From assembly GCF_001194135.2 (NCBI RefSeq), contig NC_068997.1, positions 28,059,352 to 28,123,351 on the forward strand: a DNA stretch of 64,000 nucleotides, in the 5' to 3' direction. This DNA comes from Octopus bimaculoides. Lineage: Eukaryota. The translations under genes and the position numbers were made by a program. Positions 61,301-64,000 of the stretch are shown here, piece by piece. The notes beneath the pieces are model-generated. The model was given only the letters and a program-made list of their open reading frames with translations, was not told where the DNA came from and searched no databases. Within the stretch, counting starts at the first letter, position 1. The number at the start of each line of letters is the position of its first letter.

Positions 61301-63345
61301 AAAAAATTATAGTTGTTTATTAAAGAGGGAGAGAGTTATTAGATTAGATGAAATGCAGTTAGGTTTTTTGCCAAGAAAAAGTACTGTGGATACTCTCTTC
61401 CCAATGAGAGAATTGCAGAAGTACTTAGCTAAAAGTAAGATACTGTACATAGCATTCGACCAACTGTGGAGAGCCTTCTTGTGAGTGCCATAATAGCCAT
61501 GTTCAGAGATATTGTCAGTAAGGTGAGAATTAATAATCAATGAGTGGTGTGTGCAGATAGTTTAACAGGGATCTGTTCTTGGTCCCCTTCTATAAATCAT
61601 AGTCTTCCCAGCCGTTATTAAAGAGTTTAAGATTGATTACCCATGAAAACTCCTTTATGCTGATGACCTTACAACTGAATCTGTTGAATTAAATTGTAAT
61701 AATGAAATTATTGTGTTCAGTTCTCAGATGCATTACAACTTATCAAAGGTGCATGTACAGTGCATAGGATTATGTACAAATGTCAGGAAAGTGAACAACG
61801 TATGGGTCATGATATACATGTGTGCATGCATATGGAGGGTGGGGATATCAGGTGTAATATCAGCGAATTTCAGGAAGCATGGAGGTTTTAAAGATGCCTG
61901 CATAGCATTCAGCAGTGAGTTCTGTGCCTTCTTTGGGATCATCAGTAAGTTAGAAAACTGATAGATCTCATCTTCTATCAGGGAAACAGCCTGACTCACC
62001 ATGTAGAAAAGGAATAATTAGAAATTCCATAGGATGTGCCCAATGGAAACTATAGGGATTTAGTGGCATAAGAGGAAGCTGACATAGAAGGTTATCTTTG
62101 TAACTAGCAGATGGTCCTGAAAGAGATTTTCTCAAATGCCTAGGAGAATCCTTAGAGGTGGCAGACAGCTTCTGCTACCTAAGTGACCCAATTAGCAATG
62201 GTGGAGAATGTGACCTTCAGTAGTTTGGTCTTCTATACTTCTTTCTGAGGCATCTCCTTTGCCTTTGTAGCAGTGGACAATGCTGTGGCAATTCTAAGAA
62301 GTATTAGAGGAGTAAAAGAGCTCTGAGACAGTTTGAATGATAATGCAGCATGCCTACAGATCAAAGTAAAAAGCTCTTTGCAAATATTGTAACCGTGATG
62401 TTTAAAATGTTATTGATTTCTGCAATTTAATTTTCTTTTTCTCTCCTTAAGACTTCTGAATCAAGAAGGGGCTTTATTAGCCTATGCTGGCTATGCTAAC
62501 AAAGATCCCCAAGTTACAGCAACAATTGCTAGCAATATTTGGGGTGCATATGTGAAAAGCGGAGATATGGCCTTAGATGGTGACAAATTGAAGTATGTTT
62601 TGTTACACAATGAGGTAAGGAAGCTTTATTTTTTTCAAAGAGAGCAAGACTTATTCTTTGAATATCAGTTCTACACATAAATTCTCATAACACACCGTAT
62701 ACATGTAATAATTTTATATTCACGAAAATCTTACACCAGTAAGCTACCAACAAAATATTGGGTTGGTGCATAATTATTGCAGCTTTTTTTCACCAAATTT
62801 TATTCGACAAAAACAATAACAATATTTAAGAAAAACATCTTTAAATGACGGTCTGACTGTCTGCGAAGCAAATGGGAAACGGTAATTGAAGTAGATGGTG
62901 AATATGCTTTGTAATAATCATTTAAAGATGTTTTTGTTGAATAAAATTTGTTGAAAAAAGCTGCAATGATTATGCACCAACCCAATATGAAGAATCTTTG
63001 TTAGAATTCGCCCTTTGGAACCCTCCAAAGTAAAGGATGGAATAGAACTCAACCTTTTCACACACACACACACACACACATATATAAAATTTTATGCTTG
63101 TGTTTCTGAGATCTGTCTCAATTGTAAAGTTCCTCCTTTGGTGCACTTGTAGCAACTAAAGAAACCATATTTCTATTTTTCAACCTCAGATATTTTATTT
63201 GCCACAAATGCTGGATGTTGTAAGTCTTCTCATTGGCATTTCTTGATTTTTGTAGGAAGGTAAAGTTGCAATTACCTGCGTAGGAAACTTACTTCTTTGT
63301 ATTTATGCAAAAGAAACTGTAGATTTTGGAATGTTAAAAGCAAAG
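58301..63345 (+). CDS. LAMTOR2: Ragulator complex protein LAMTOR2 (p14/ROBLD3), exons 58301-58368, 62452-62614, 63256-63345; last exon outside the window
   Basis: [23 protein letters not shown] / [33 protein letters not shown]...LKYVLLHNE / [30 protein letters not shown] closely resembles human LAMTOR2; GT-AG and phases consistent. Confidence 0.97.
60872..61084 (-). mobile_element. piggyBac-type MITE
   Basis: TTAA-cccttcagcattcag...aaatgctaacaga-TTAA; reverse copy of 32703. Confidence 0.75.
61325..62215 (+). mobile_element. Degenerate RTE reverse transcriptase fragment interrupted by a CR1 3' end
   Basis: [14 protein letters not shown]..., [15 protein letters not shown] (about 61650), [13 protein letters not shown]. 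Confidence 0.85.
61720..61910 (-). mobile_element. CR1 3' end copy nested in the RTE relic
   Basis: Reverse complement of 21760-21930. Confidence 0.75.
62452..62614 (+). CDS. LAMTOR2: LAMTOR2 coding exon 2
   Basis: [14 protein letters not shown]...ASNIWGAY, donor gtaagg. Confidence 0.96.
62756..62987 (+). mobile_element. mariner-derived MITE with TA target-site duplication
   Basis: About 58-bp TIRs ttgggttggtgcataat(t/c)attgcagc...; TA at both ends; interior encodes [15 protein letters not shown]. Confidence 0.9.
63256..63345 (+). CDS. LAMTOR2: LAMTOR2 coding exon 3
   Basis: [30 protein letters not shown], donor gtaag. Confidence 0.96.
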
Positions 63346-63723
63346 GTAAGATAATCTTTATTTCCTGTTATTCCATTCTTAACTGAGATAGTCAAAAAAT
63401 ATTGTTCTTTCTTTAGAAATTGGATTTCTTTTATTCTTTATATTCGCTTTTTCACTCACTTACTTGTACTCTTTCTCTCTCTCAGACATGTAAGGTTTAC
63501 TTTCTTTATAGAATTAAACACACACACACACCTTTGCTTTCACTCACTAATTGTTTAATCCAGGATTTATCATTGAATTTGCCAGATTTTGTTTGCATTT
63601 TCTCATCTTGATGCCCTTCCTATCTCATATTGTTTATTAGTTTATATCAGTAGTTCTTGACTAGGGTTCACATGACCCTTGATGGTCCATACGAGATTTT
63701 GTCATTAAAATTCATCATCATTC

Positions 63724-63882
63724 AGTTCTATATTTAAGAGGTGAGGAATTATGTACATTATTTACATTTGACGGACATTTGTCCTGATCATGTTTGTTGT
63801 TAACACGTTTCGGCTGATATACCCTCCAGCCTTCAATAGGTGTCTTGGGGAAATTTCGAACCTGGGTTCTCATTCCTAAGGA
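63724..63882 (-). mobile_element. Copy of the Penelope-like tail with a mutated hammerhead core
   Basis: Homologous to 32980-33100 and 33225-33381; core reads CTATTGA..GGCTG/CAGCC..GAAACGTG. Confidence 0.7.
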
Positions 63883-64000
63883 ATATATAATAACATCAAA
63901 AATACCTTAATTAATTACTTCTACATGCAGTTCTAGAAAGACATTTTCATACTCCAAAGTGTTAAGGCCGCATCCCCTCGTGAAAAGGATTAGCTTGTAA

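Overview
Repeat-dense eukaryotic DNA with many N gaps and microsatellites, most likely an octopus scaffold (inferred from the SINE/LINE content). Three spliced protein-coding genes are supported by exon translation and GT-AG phase continuity. (1) The 3' end of a TRPM cation channel (+, 1-8385, 7 exons) stops just after the coiled coil, with no NUDT9-H domain. (2) A complete 14-exon ecdysoneless (ECD/SGT1-family) gene lies on the minus strand (11846-48334, 670 aa). (3) The first three coding exons of LAMTOR2 (+, 58301-63345) run off the window. Introns and intergenic DNA contain relics of mariner, Tc1-like, Merlin, Helitron and piggyBac-type elements, of RTE, CR1/L2-like, R4/Dong and Tx1-like LINEs, tRNA-derived SINEs, and a tRNA-Phe pseudogene. 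The most unusual signal is two short Penelope-like inverted-repeat elements carrying minimal hammerhead ribozyme motifs (32980-33381 and 39073-39451, plus a decayed copy at 63724-63882). One has a tRNA-derived SINE head, suggesting a ribozyme-bearing, Penelope-mobilised SINE. RTE 3' UTRs here also carry tandem arrays of a double-hairpin unit. All assignments were made by eye, with no database searches.
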